A stretch of 64,000 nt of DNA from Rhodobacterales bacterium (GTDB lineage Bacteria > Pseudomonadota > Alphaproteobacteria > Rhodobacterales > Rhodobacteraceae): the NCBI GenBank assembly GCA_003228875.1, contig QIGK01000093.1, positions 515 through 64,514 of the forward strand, written 5' to 3'. The translations under genes were made by a program, and so were the position numbers. The stretch's first letter is position 1; every line of letters begins with the position of its first letter. Below are positions 1 to 7,418 of the stretch, piece by piece. Under the pieces are notes generated by a model. That model searched no databases, had not been told where the DNA came from, and worked only from the letters and a program-made list of their open reading frames with translations.

Positions 1-280
1 TGGCGGTATTGAGGTTGAACATGAGGGCATGAAATCATTCATCCGTCGTTCCGACCTATCGCGTGATCGTGCAGAGCAACGCCCAGAACGCTTTAATGTG
101 GGTGACAAAGTTGACGCCCGTGTGACTAATATTGACAAAGCCAGCCGCCGGTTGGGCCTGTCAATCAAGGCGCGTGAAATTGCTGAAGAAAAAGAAGCCA
201 TTGAGCAATATGGATCTTCTGATTCTGGTGCATCTTTGGGTGACATTCTGGGTGCGGCTTTGAAAGGCAAAGACGAGTAA
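1..280 (+). CDS. rpsA: 30S ribosomal protein S1, C-terminal fragment (5' end lies outside the window)
   Basis: Reading frame is open to the window start. Last S1/OB repeat GDKVDARVTNIDKASRRLGLSIKAREIAEEKE plus a Ser/Gly tail. Followed by a hairpin terminator and ihfB, the usual neighbourhood. Confidence 0.8.
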   Translation, partial: GGIEVEHEGMKSFIRRSDLSRDRAEQRPERFNVGDKVDARVTNIDKASRRLGLSIKAREIAEEKEAIEQYGSSDSGASLGDILGAALKGKDE

Positions 281-320
281 TCGTTTAGAGTTGACGCTCT
301 GAAATTTTGGAGCAGAGTTG

Positions 321-350
321 AAACGGCGCCCTGTTGGGCGCCGTTTTGCG
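321..350 (+). terminator. Intrinsic terminator after rpsA
   Basis: AAACGGCGCCC-tgtt-GGGCGCCGTTT, an 11-bp GC-rich hairpin followed by a T-rich tract, about 40 nt after the rpsA stop. Confidence 0.7.
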
Positions 351-461
351 TTATACATGCCGAATCGGTGTGATGTCCCGAGGCTTTCAATCAGGATTGA
401 TTTGGCCCTAGCGTAAGACGGTTTTGGTGGCACACTTGCTTTACCTATGAAATTGTTGGCG

Positions 462-486
462 AAAACCCGCTAGTTGGCGGGTTTTT
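462..486 (+). terminator. Second hairpin / possible terminator in the rpsA-ihfB spacer
   Basis: AAAACCCGC-tagttg-GCGGGTTTT followed by T. A 9-bp stem with an A-run before and a T-run after, so it could act in either direction. Confidence 0.45.
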
Positions 487-620
487 GGGCGACAATGTTG
501 CGGCGTTGGCTTCCCAATAACGCTCAACCCTGCCAATATAGCGAAATTGTGATGTTTGTATGAGTTGTGCCTGACGAGGCACTTTTGAGTAAAAACAAAA
601 ACGTTAAAAAGGAAGCCGAG

Positions 621-902
621 ATGATAAAATCGGAACTGGTTCAAAAAATTGTTGACGAAAACCCGCACCTGTATCAACGGGACGTGGAGCGGATTGTCGG
701 GACAATTTTTGATGAAATTATTGATGCAATGGCCGTTGGCAAGCGGGTTGAATTGCGCGGGTTTGGCGCTTTTTCAATCAAGAAGCGTGACGCCCGTATC
801 GGGCGCAATCCGCGCACCGGCGAGTCTGTCAAGGTTGAAGAAAAATACGTGCCATTTTTCAAAACAGGAAAGCTGCTTCGCGACCGTCTGAACGGTAGCT
901 AA
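621..902 (+). CDS. ihfB: Integration host factor subunit beta
   Basis: 93 aa from ATG 621, preceded by an AGGAAG Shine-Dalgarno sequence. HU/IHF signature [46 protein letters not shown]. Confidence 0.93.
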   Translation: MIKSELVQKIVDENPHLYQRDVERIVGTIFDEIIDAMAVGKRVELRGFGAFSIKKRDARIGRNPRTGESVKVEEKYVPFFKTGKLLRDRLNGS

Positions 903-923
903 CCCACATTTCACGAGCGTTAA

Positions 924-1262
924 ATGCGTTATATCCGTTTCATAATTCTGGCGATATTCATGATCGTCTTGGTGTCGCTGGCACTGGCAAATCGCGGCTC
1001 GGTGATTGTGGCCTTGCTGCCCCAAGACTTGCCGATGGCGATCAATTTCCAGTTAGAACTGCCACTATTCGTCATTATTTTTGCAGCCATTCTTGTGGGG
1101 CTGGTTCTGGGCTATGTCTTGGAATTTTTCCGCGAACATAAATATCGCAAAAAAGCGGCTGTGAAAAACCGCGAAGCGGCGCAATTGTCGGCTGAGGTAG
1201 CGCAGCTTAAGAAAGAAAGCGGTATGGATGACGACGACGTCCTTGCTATCCTTGCTAAATGA
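924..1262 (+). CDS. LapA-like / DUF1049 inner-membrane protein
   Basis: 112 aa with two predicted TM helices, then KYRKK and a charged coiled tail. A gene of this type usually sits between ihfB and trpF in alphaproteobacteria. Its stop overlaps the trpF start. Confidence 0.72.
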   Translation: MRYIRFIILAIFMIVLVSLALANRGSVIVALLPQDLPMAINFQLELPLFVIIFAAILVGLVLGYVLEFFREHKYRKKAAVKNREAAQLSAEVAQLKKESGMDDDDVLAILAK

Positions 1263-1888
1263 ACGTCAAGATTTGCGGGTTGATTACAGCGGAATCGCTG
1301 GACATAGCAGTGCATGCCGGCGCGCGTTATATTGGGCTGAATTTTTTTGAAAAATCGCCACGATATGCAGATATTTCTAAAGCCGCAGCGCTGGCGCTTA
1401 AGGTGCCGGTTGGCGTGGCCAAGGTTGGGCTGACGGTGAATGCCACCAACGCAGAGCTGGACGCCATTGTTGATCAAGTGCCGCTGGATACATTGCAACT
1501 ACACGGACAGGAACCCCCAACGCGGGTAGCTGAAGTTCGGGCGCGCTATGGGCTTCTAGTGATGAAAGCCGTTGGCATTGCGGATGCCAGCGACCTTGTG
1601 GCGCTGGAGCAATATTTAGCGGTGGCAGACCAGATACTGGTCGACGCCAAACCGCCGCGAAATGCGAAATTGCCGGGCGGAAATGGGGTGCCATTTGACT
1701 GGCAGCTTATCGCCAGTCGCCGCTGGCCAGTGCCGTGGATGCTGGCGGGGGGGCTGACCGCCCAAAACGTGGCTGAAGCCATTCGGCTAACGGGCGCAAC
1801 ACAGGTGGATGTTTCCTCGGGTGTGGAATCTGCTCCCGGGGTGAAAGACGCGGCATTGATCAAAGCCTTTATTGCCGCTGCTGGGTGA
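1259..1888 (+). CDS. trpF: N-(5'-phosphoribosyl)anthranilate isomerase
   Basis: 209 aa. MNVKICGL start, DTLQLHG, PFDW and LAGGL segments typical of the PRAI family. Located directly upstream of trpB. Confidence 0.92.
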   Translation: MNVKICGLITAESLDIAVHAGARYIGLNFFEKSPRYADISKAAALALKVPVGVAKVGLTVNATNAELDAIVDQVPLDTLQLHGQEPPTRVAEVRARYGLLVMKAVGIADASDLVALEQYLAVADQILVDAKPPRNAKLPGGNGVPFDWQLIASRRWPVPWMLAGGLTAQNVAEAIRLTGATQVDVSSGVESAPGVKDAALIKAFIAAAG

Positions 1889-1927
1889 TCTCTGTATAGA
1901 GATCCTAATTGGAAACAGGGGCAGGTA

Positions 1928-3148
1928 ATGACCACAGATCTACGCAATTCCTTTAAGTCCGGCCCCGACGAGCAGGGCCGATACGGCATCCATGGCGGGC
2001 GGTTTGTTTCCGAAACCCTGATGCCGCTTATTCTGGATCTTGAGGCGGAATATGAGCGCGCCAAAATCGACCCGGATTTCTGGGCCGAGATGGATGATTT
2101 ATGGAAACATTATGTGGGCCGGCCCAGCCCGCTTTATTTTGCTGAGCGGCTGACCGAACAATTTGGCGGGGCAAAAATTTATTTGAAACGCGATGAGCTG
2201 AATCACACCGGCGCCCATAAAATCAACAACGTGTTGGGGCAAATATTGCTGGCGCAGCGCATGGGTAAAAAACGTATTATTGCCGAAACCGGTGCGGGGC
2301 AGCACGGGGTTGCGACGGCCACGGTATGTGCAAAATTTGGCCTGAAATGCATTGTTTTTATGGGCCAGACCGATGTGGAGCGACAGGCTCCGAACGTGTT
2401 TCGCATGAAATTACTGGGGGCAGAGGTTATTCCGGTGACCTCGGGGCGGGGCACGCTGAAGGACGCCATGAACGAAGCCATGCGCGACTGGGTGACCAAT
2501 GTTGATGAGACGTTTTATTGCATTGGCACCGTGGCGGGGCCGCATCCTTATCCGGCGATGGTGCGGGATTTTCAGACTATTATTGGCAAAGAGACCCGCG
2601 TGCAGATGATGGAACAAGAAGGCCGTTTGCCCGACAGCCTGATCGCCTGTATTGGCGGTGGTTCCAACGCAATGGGGCTGTTTCATCCGTTTCTAGATGA
2701 TGCCGATATTAAAATCATCGGGGTGGAGGCTGGCGGCCACGGCGTGGATGAACGCAATGAACATGCCGCCAGCATCACCGGCGGACGGCCCGGGGTTTTG
2801 CACGGTAACCGGACCTATTTGTTGCAAGATGATGATGGGCAAATTCTTGAGGGTCATTCCATTTCTGCGGGGCTTGATTACCCCGGCATCGGGCCGGAAC
2901 ATGCATGGCTGCACGATATGGGGCGGGTGGAATATGTGTCGGTCACTGACGACGAGGCGCTGGATGCGTTTCAATTATTATGTGAGCTGGAGGGCATTAT
3001 TCCGGCGCTGGAATCTGCGCATGCGATAGCTCATGCGGGCAAAATCGCCGGAGATCTGCCCTCGGACCATCTGATGGTCGTGAACCTTAGCGGGCGTGGC
3101 GACAAGGATATATTTACGGTGGCCGATATTCTGGGTGTGAGCATTTAA
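1928..3148 (+). CDS. trpB: Tryptophan synthase beta chain (TrpB1 type)
   Basis: 406 aa. PLP-lysine motif HTGAHKINN, plus [18 protein letters not shown] and [15 protein letters not shown]. Confidence 0.97.
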   Translation: MTTDLRNSFKSGPDEQGRYGIHGGRFVSETLMPLILDLEAEYERAKIDPDFWAEMDDLWKHYVGRPSPLYFAERLTEQFGGAKIYLKRDELNHTGAHKINNVLGQILLAQRMGKKRIIAETGAGQHGVATATVCAKFGLKCIVFMGQTDVERQAPNVFRMKLLGAEVIPVTSGRGTLKDAMNEAMRDWVTNVDETFYCIGTVAGPHPYPAMVRDFQTIIGKETRVQMMEQEGRLPDSLIACIGGGSNAMGLFHPFLDDADIKIIGVEAGGHGVDERNEHAASITGGRPGVLHGNRTYLLQDDDGQILEGHSISAGLDYPGIGPEHAWLHDMGRVEYVSVTDDEALDAFQLLCELEGIIPALESAHAIAHAGKIAGDLPSDHLMVVNLSGRGDKDIFTVADILGVSI

Positions 3149-3362
3149 ACGCAAAAACGGGGTTTTATGAAATTACCAATGTGGCAAAAATGTCACAGGG
3201 AATAGTTTTTGAAAACTTTACTGGTTGATCCGAATCGCGGTCCTGACCTATAGCGTGCATCTCGCCAACGCGGACCAGATCTTAGCGGTTGATGTTGCAA
3301 CATCACCGGTGCAGGGGGCTTTGCCTTTCTGTGTGCCAAGGCTGCAAAACGAGTGTGAGACT

Positions 3363-3437
3363 GCAGATGTAGCTCAGAGGTTAGAGCGCCGGTGTTTAAA
3401 CCGGAGGTCACTGGTTCGAATCCAGTCTTTTGCTCCA
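3363..3437 (+). tRNA. Aberrant tRNA-like gene with a 6-nt (or 8-nt) anticodon loop; identity undetermined (Lys-UUU minus one T, or UUA-like)
   Basis: - Cloverleaf by hand: acceptor GCAGATG/CTTTTGC (one T-T mismatch, one G-T pair), U8, and D arm GCTC-AGAGGTTA-GAGC.
- Anticodon stem CCGGT/ACCGG encloses only GTTTAA.
- Variable region AGGTC, T arm ACTGG-TTCGAAT-CCAGT, discriminator T, and an encoded CCA. Confidence 0.5.
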
Positions 3438-3507
3438 TGAGTAGCTCATCGGGTAGAGCAATAGAATGTTAATCTATGTGTAGCAGGTTCGAATCCTGCC
3501 TCAAATC
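3435..3507 (+). tRNA. tRNA-Asn(GUU)-like gene with a defective acceptor stem (probable pseudo-tRNA or foreign tRNA remnant)
   Basis: - D arm GCTC-ATCGGGTA-GAGC, AT-rich anticodon stem ATAGA/TCTAT with loop ATGTTAA (anticodon GTT), and T arm GCAGG-TTCGAAT-CCTGC.
- The 5' acceptor strand CCATGAG pairs with CTCAAAT at only 4 of 7 positions.
- Its first 3 nt are the CCA of the preceding tRNA-like gene, and no CCA is encoded at its own 3' end. Confidence 0.45.
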
Positions 3508-3809
3508 GCCGAAAGGCACAAACTTACGGTTCCCGAAACCAGCTTGCGCGGTTGGCTTTGGTAGGGCTTTGACCTTTGGGTTATTGACCAGCTAAACAGG
3601 CAACGCCCTGGCTTTTGGCCGGTTGAATTGTGATGAAATGAATTGGTTTTTGCCAGGTTTCGGGGTTTTCGAACGTCTTGACCCCGCTTTTCCCAACGTT
3701 TTCCGCTCCTGCTTGATCCGCTGAAAAACAGGCCGCTGGTTTCGGGGGCTTTTAACAAATATAGGAGTGCACATTGCGACGACGATAAGAAATATAAAAG
3801 GATAAGACC

Positions 3810-4946
3810 ATGACAAAAATTATGGACAAATTGACGGGACATCAGCGGATTACCGTAACAGAATACCAACGCGCAATTGTGTTGGAAAAGGGCCGGTTCA
3901 TGGGGATCCTTGGTTCTGGCGAGCATCGTTTAAAAAGCAACGGTGTGATGGTTGAAATGCACGATCTTAACCGGCCAGAGTTTGTTTCAAATCTTTCGCA
4001 AGCATTGTTCCGTGAACAGTCAGAGATGGCTGCTTTGCATCTGACCGAATTTCGGGCAGGCGTTGATGAGGTGTTGGTGATTTCGCGGGATGGGCGGATC
4101 AAAGGCATCCTGAAACCTGAAGGCCAAATGGTTTTCTGGATCGATGCTGGCCCTTGGTCGGTTGAGGTGGTGGACATTTCCGAAACTCTGGAAGTTCCTA
4201 AAAACCTTGGTCAGCGTTTGGCGCGGGCGGGTGTGATTGATAAGGTTGCTTCGTTTGAAGTGCCGGATGGATCGGTTGGGTTGATGGCGGTTGAGGGTGC
4301 GTTCACGCGGGTATTGCCTGCTGGAACGCACCGGTTTTGGGCTGTTGCCCGGAAAATCAACGTTAAGCTGGTGGACACCCGCTGGCGGGCGCATGATGTG
4401 ACTGGTCAGGAAATTCTGACCAAAGATCGTGTGACTTTGCGGGTTAATCTTGCAGCTGATTTTCGGGTCCTTGATCCGATGTTGGCGGTCACAGCTGTAA
4501 AGGATTTTGAGGAATCCCTGCACCGCGCCTTGCAGTTTGCTTTTCGCAAAACACTGGGGGCCAAAACGCTGGACCAGATGCTGGCTGAAAAGGTTTCAGT
4601 TGATGCGGAAGCCGCTGAAAAGGTGCGCACCGAAATGGCACTGATCGGGGTTGAACTGGGTGAAATTGCGTTGAAAGACGTGATCTTGCCGGGGGAGATG
4701 CGTGATATTCTGAACAAGGTTGTCACAGCCCAGAAGGAAGCAGAAGCCAACGTGATTAAGCGGCGCGAGGAAACCAACGCCACCCGGTCATTGCTGAACA
4801 CTGCCAAAATTATGGCGGAAAACCCGATCATGCTGCGCTTAAAAGAGCTAGAGGCGCTGGAAGTGATCGCCAGCAAAGTTGATCATCTGACGGTGCACAA
4901 CGGCACTGATGGGTTGATGAACGATTTGGTGCGGTTACGTGACTAA
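3810..4946 (+). CDS. SPFH/band-7 (slipin-like) domain protein with an N-terminal extension and no obvious TM helix
   Basis: 378 aa. C-terminal SPFH core and coiled tail: LKDVILPGEMRDILNKVVTAQKEAEANVIKRREETNATRSLLNTAKIMAENPIMLRLKELEALEVIA. AAGGA Shine-Dalgarno upstream and a strong terminator downstream. Confidence 0.88.
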   Translation: MTKIMDKLTGHQRITVTEYQRAIVLEKGRFMGILGSGEHRLKSNGVMVEMHDLNRPEFVSNLSQALFREQSEMAALHLTEFRAGVDEVLVISRDGRIKGILKPEGQMVFWIDAGPWSVEVVDISETLEVPKNLGQRLARAGVIDKVASFEVPDGSVGLMAVEGAFTRVLPAGTHRFWAVARKINVKLVDTRWRAHDVTGQEILTKDRVTLRVNLAADFRVLDPMLAVTAVKDFEESLHRALQFAFRKTLGAKTLDQMLAEKVSVDAEAAEKVRTEMALIGVELGEIALKDVILPGEMRDILNKVVTAQKEAEANVIKRREETNATRSLLNTAKIMAENPIMLRLKELEALEVIASKVDHLTVHNGTDGLMNDLVRLRD

Positions 4947-4950
4947 AACA

Positions 4951-4985
4951 ACCCCATCCGAGAAATCGGGTGGGGTATTTTTTTG
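4951..4985 (+). terminator. Intrinsic terminator of the SPFH gene
   Basis: ACCCCATCCG-agaaat-CGGGTGGGGT, a 10-bp stem followed by ATTTTTTTG. Confidence 0.8.
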
Positions 4986-5058
4986 ATTGCAAACCGCTAC
5001 AAAGGGTTTATGTATCGCTCTTTCCGCATTGTTGCGTAGCGTTTATGGAGATAGAAAA

Positions 5059-5445
5059 ATGCCGGATTATAAATTAGGGGACATTGTTGCCCTGACCGCG
5101 GGTTCACCGCGTATGGCTGTTGAAGCTGTTGACGGAGATCAGGTGTCGTGCCTTTGGTGCAATGAAGGCACCATTCACCGCGACACCTTTAATGTTGCCC
5201 TGATCAAAAAATGGGAAACCCGTGAATATGGTGGTGATCGCGGCGGTGACCGTGGTGGCGGCGATCGTGGCGGCTATAAGGGTGGTGGCAAGCCTTATGG
5301 CGGTGATCGTGATGGTGGTGGCTATAAGGGCGGCTATAAAGGCGGTGACGGGGGCGGTGAAAAACGCTTTGACGACCGTGGCCCAAAAGGCAAACCCGGC
5401 TGGGATGGCAAGCCGCGCGAAAAGAAATTTTTCCGCAAAGACTAA
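5059..5445 (+). CDS. DUF2158 (YodC-like) domain protein with a Gly/Arg/Tyr-rich low-complexity C-terminal tail
   Basis: 128 aa from ATG 5059 (GGAG Shine-Dalgarno). N-terminal GDIVALTAGSPRMAVEAVDGDQVSCLWCNEGTIHRDTFNVALIKKW resembles YodC/DUF2158. The tail is GGDRGGDRGGGDRGGYKGGGKPYGGDRDGGGYKGGYKGGDGGG...KKFFRKD. Confidence 0.8.
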   Translation: MPDYKLGDIVALTAGSPRMAVEAVDGDQVSCLWCNEGTIHRDTFNVALIKKWETREYGGDRGGDRGGGDRGGYKGGGKPYGGDRDGGGYKGGYKGGDGGGEKRFDDRGPKGKPGWDGKPREKKFFRKD

Positions 5446-5467
5446 CCCAATAGAAAAAAGTATTCCG

Positions 5468-5505
5468 GCCCGTTGAATCACTGAATTCAGCGGGCTTAAC
5501 TTTTG
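5468..5505 (+). terminator. Probable terminator of the DUF2158-RGG gene
   Basis: GCCCGTTGAAT-cactga-ATTCAGCGGGC hairpin (one G-T pair). The T-tract (CTTTTG) is separated from the stem by 5 nt. Confidence 0.5.
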
Positions 5506-5711
5506 AAAAATACATTAAAATTCGATTTTTTACGACATTTTTCACGATAAGCGCGCTTTGCGTATAAAAACCAGCAGCTTAACTATAGCCCATTGATTTG
5601 ACAAAATAGATAAACAGTGATCAGAAGGGGCATAGGTCTTTGGTTTACCGTCAATCAATCTTGGATCTATACAAAAAGTTATTGAGTAAAAATTATTAAA
5701 CTTAGAACTTT

Positions 5712-5756
5712 AACCATAGCTGTGGCAGCACTCGGCCGTTGCTATGGTTTTTCTTT
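5712..5756 (+). terminator. Strong hairpin plus T-run with no upstream plus-strand ORF (orphan terminator; could alternatively serve pth from the other strand)
   Basis: AACCATAGC...GCTATGGTT 9-bp stem extended by an inner GGC/GCC stem, followed by TTTTTCTTTG on the plus strand. Confidence 0.5.
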
Positions 5757-5842
5757 GCGTAAAATTCTGGCTTTGGCTCTTTGTTTTGTCAGCCTATTTG
5801 CTTTCGGTTTCAAACCGCATTTTCAATTTAGTGGTGAAATCA

Positions 5843-6520
5843 CTAAAACCGGTCTTTTAATTTCTGAAGCGCGGTTCGGGTATCGGCCACAATTTGGGGT
5901 TTTTCCAGCTTTTTTACCGGCGGAATCTGCTTGCTGGCCAGCCGTTTAGGCATAACCCGCGACGCAATCGCATTCAGAAAATTCGGCCCGTCGCCGCTTG
6001 CAAGATCAACAATGCCTTCATCAATGCCGCGCATCAGATCATCAATCCATTCTGCATCTGCTTTGGCAAAGTCATGCAAGACATAGCCCGACACCCGATC
6101 TTTATGGCCGGGATGGCCAATGCCAATGCGCACGCGGTGATAAGCATCACTGATATGTTGGTGGATGGAGCGCAAACCGTTGTGGCCCGCATGTCCACCA
6201 CCGAATTTCAGACGGACCTTGCCCGGAACCAGATCAAGTTCATCATGGAACACCGTCACATCATCGGGTGTAAGTTTGAAATATTGCATCGCGGCGCTAA
6301 CGGACTGGCCGGAAAGATTCATGAATGTTGCGGGTTTAAGCAAAATAATGCGTTCGCGCCCCAGCCGCCCTTCGGCCACCCAACCGCTGAATTTACTTTT
6401 CCAAGGTGAAAATCCGTGACCCACAGCAATTTGGTCAACGGCCATAAAGCCGATATTATGCCGGTTGCCTGAATATTTTGCACCGGGATTGCCTAGGCCT
6501 ACAAATAATTTCATGGTCAA
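5843..6520 (-). CDS. pth: Peptidyl-tRNA hydrolase
   Basis: 225 aa. MKLFVGLGNPGAKYSGNRHNIGF, GHAGHNGLRSI and IGIGHPG motifs, plus the C-terminal extension common in alphaproteobacteria. Confidence 0.95.
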   Translation of the reverse strand: MTMKLFVGLGNPGAKYSGNRHNIGFMAVDQIAVGHGFSPWKSKFSGWVAEGRLGRERIILLKPATFMNLSGQSVSAAMQYFKLTPDDVTVFHDELDLVPGKVRLKFGGGHAGHNGLRSIHQHISDAYHRVRIGIGHPGHKDRVSGYVLHDFAKADAEWIDDLMRGIDEGIVDLASGDGPNFLNAIASRVMPKRLASKQIPPVKKLEKPQIVADTRTALQKLKDRF

Positions 6521-6553
6521 TCCTTTTGGGGTTTATGCCAGATACCCAGACAT

Positions 6554-6587
6554 AAAAAAAGGCGCGCCGGAATTACAGCGCGCCTTT
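6554..6587 (-). terminator. Hairpin terminator/attenuator between rplY and pth
   Basis: On the minus strand, AAAGGCGCGC-tgtaattcc-GGCGCGCCTTT is followed by a T7 run, 20 nt after the rplY stop. Confidence 0.65.
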
Positions 6588-6605
6588 GTCTCTGAATAAC
6601 AGAAC

Positions 6606-7259
6606 TTATTCCTCGGTGGCGGCTTCGTCCTCAGAGGTTTCTGCTTCTGTGTCTTCGCCATCTTCCTCATCATCTTCGCCAGCGGATTTCAGGCTGGAAG
6701 GCGCGGCAATATTGGCGATCACAAAGTCACGATCAGTGATCATCGGGCGCGAACCTGTTGGCAGATCAATGTCAGACATATGGACAACGTCGCCGACCTC
6801 AAGCCCTGTCAGATCAACGGTCAGGTTTTCAGGAATGTCACCAGCGGTCACTTTCATTTCAACTTCGTTACGCACAACGGTCAGAACGCCACCTTTGGTC
6901 AGGCCCGGGCAATCTTCTTCGTTTAGGAATTCAACTGGAATGTTCAGGTTAATGCGCGACTTGCGAGACAGGCGCAAAAAATCAATATGGATTGGCAGGT
7001 CTCGTACCACATCACGTTGCACACCGCGGCAAATAACCCGTTGGTCTTTGCCATCCATGGTCAGGTTGATCAGCGTAGACATGAATTTACCGGCGCGCAG
7101 CATTTTCAGCAACGGGTTGAATTCGACCTGAATCGAAACGGGGTCTTCGCCATTACCGTAAATTACGCCAGGAACCAAGTTTGCACGGCGCGTTGCACGA
7201 GCGGCCCCCTTGCCAACTCCATCGCGAACCGAGACTGTAAGATCAAGAAGATCTGCCAT
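6606..7259 (-). CDS. rplY: 50S ribosomal protein L25 / general stress protein Ctc
   Basis: 217 aa from ATG 7259. [31 protein letters not shown] and an acidic C-terminal tail. Located upstream of pth as usual. Confidence 0.93.
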   Translation of the reverse strand: MADLLDLTVSVRDGVGKGAARATRRANLVPGVIYGNGEDPVSIQVEFNPLLKMLRAGKFMSTLINLTMDGKDQRVICRGVQRDVVRDLPIHIDFLRLSRKSRINLNIPVEFLNEEDCPGLTKGGVLTVVRNEVEMKVTAGDIPENLTVDLTGLEVGDVVHMSDIDLPTGSRPMITDRDFVIANIAAPSSLKSAGEDDEEDGEDTEAETSEDEAATEE

Positions 7260-7351
7260 TTTATTTCTCCAAAAATTAAGGCGGCGATCCTCCAAGGGTG
7301 TAAGCGCCGCGTGAAGAGCGCCATATAGGCCATTTATGCTTGATTGAAAAG

Positions 7352-7363
7352 GGTCAATTGACC
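7352..7363. promoter_or_regulatory. Perfect 12-bp palindrome GGTCAATTGACC upstream of the lldD-like gene (candidate GntR/FadR-type operator)
   Basis: Perfect dyad 56 nt upstream of the lldD-like start. The GT-N-AC core resembles GntR-family operators. No regulator gene is adjacent. Confidence 0.3.
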
Positions 7364-7418
7364 TTGGCAGGGAATAGCAATATCGAGGGCGCAGGATTGT
7401 GTTATAAGGGGCCTGAAT

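Noticed and set aside
3224-3245. GGTTGATCCGAATC, which resembles a T-loop (GGTTCGAATC) interrupted by GATC; a possible third tRNA remnant.
   Set aside because: There are no flanking T-stem, acceptor or D-arm complementarity, so this is probably coincidence.
3363-3800. Possibility that the tRNA-like DNA plus the downstream structured region is a permuted two-piece alphaproteobacterial tmRNA (ssrA).
   Set aside because: Both elements have full D and anticodon arms, which tmRNA lacks. I could not find a tag ORF of the ANDN...AA type, and no resume-codon context or coding-piece 5' strand complementary to CTTTTGC is present downstream.
5104-5545. Three ORFs (125, 113 and 84 aa) and short tandem DNA repeats in the region of the RGG tail. 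I also considered a repeat array or CRISPR-like structure.
   Set aside because: The ORFs are alternative or antisense frames of the GGN/CGN-rich repeat. The repeats are degenerate, contiguous and coding, with no spacer-repeat architecture.
6586-7131. 181-aa Ser-rich plus-strand ORF.
   Set aside because: It is antisense to the well-supported rplY gene. The poly-Ser run mirrors the acidic tail codons of L25.
7364-7380. TTGGCAGGGAATAGCAA, a sigma-54-like -24/-12 element upstream of the lldD-like gene.
   Set aside because: The GG-to-GC spacing is one nucleotide short of the consensus, and no enhancer-binding protein is associated.
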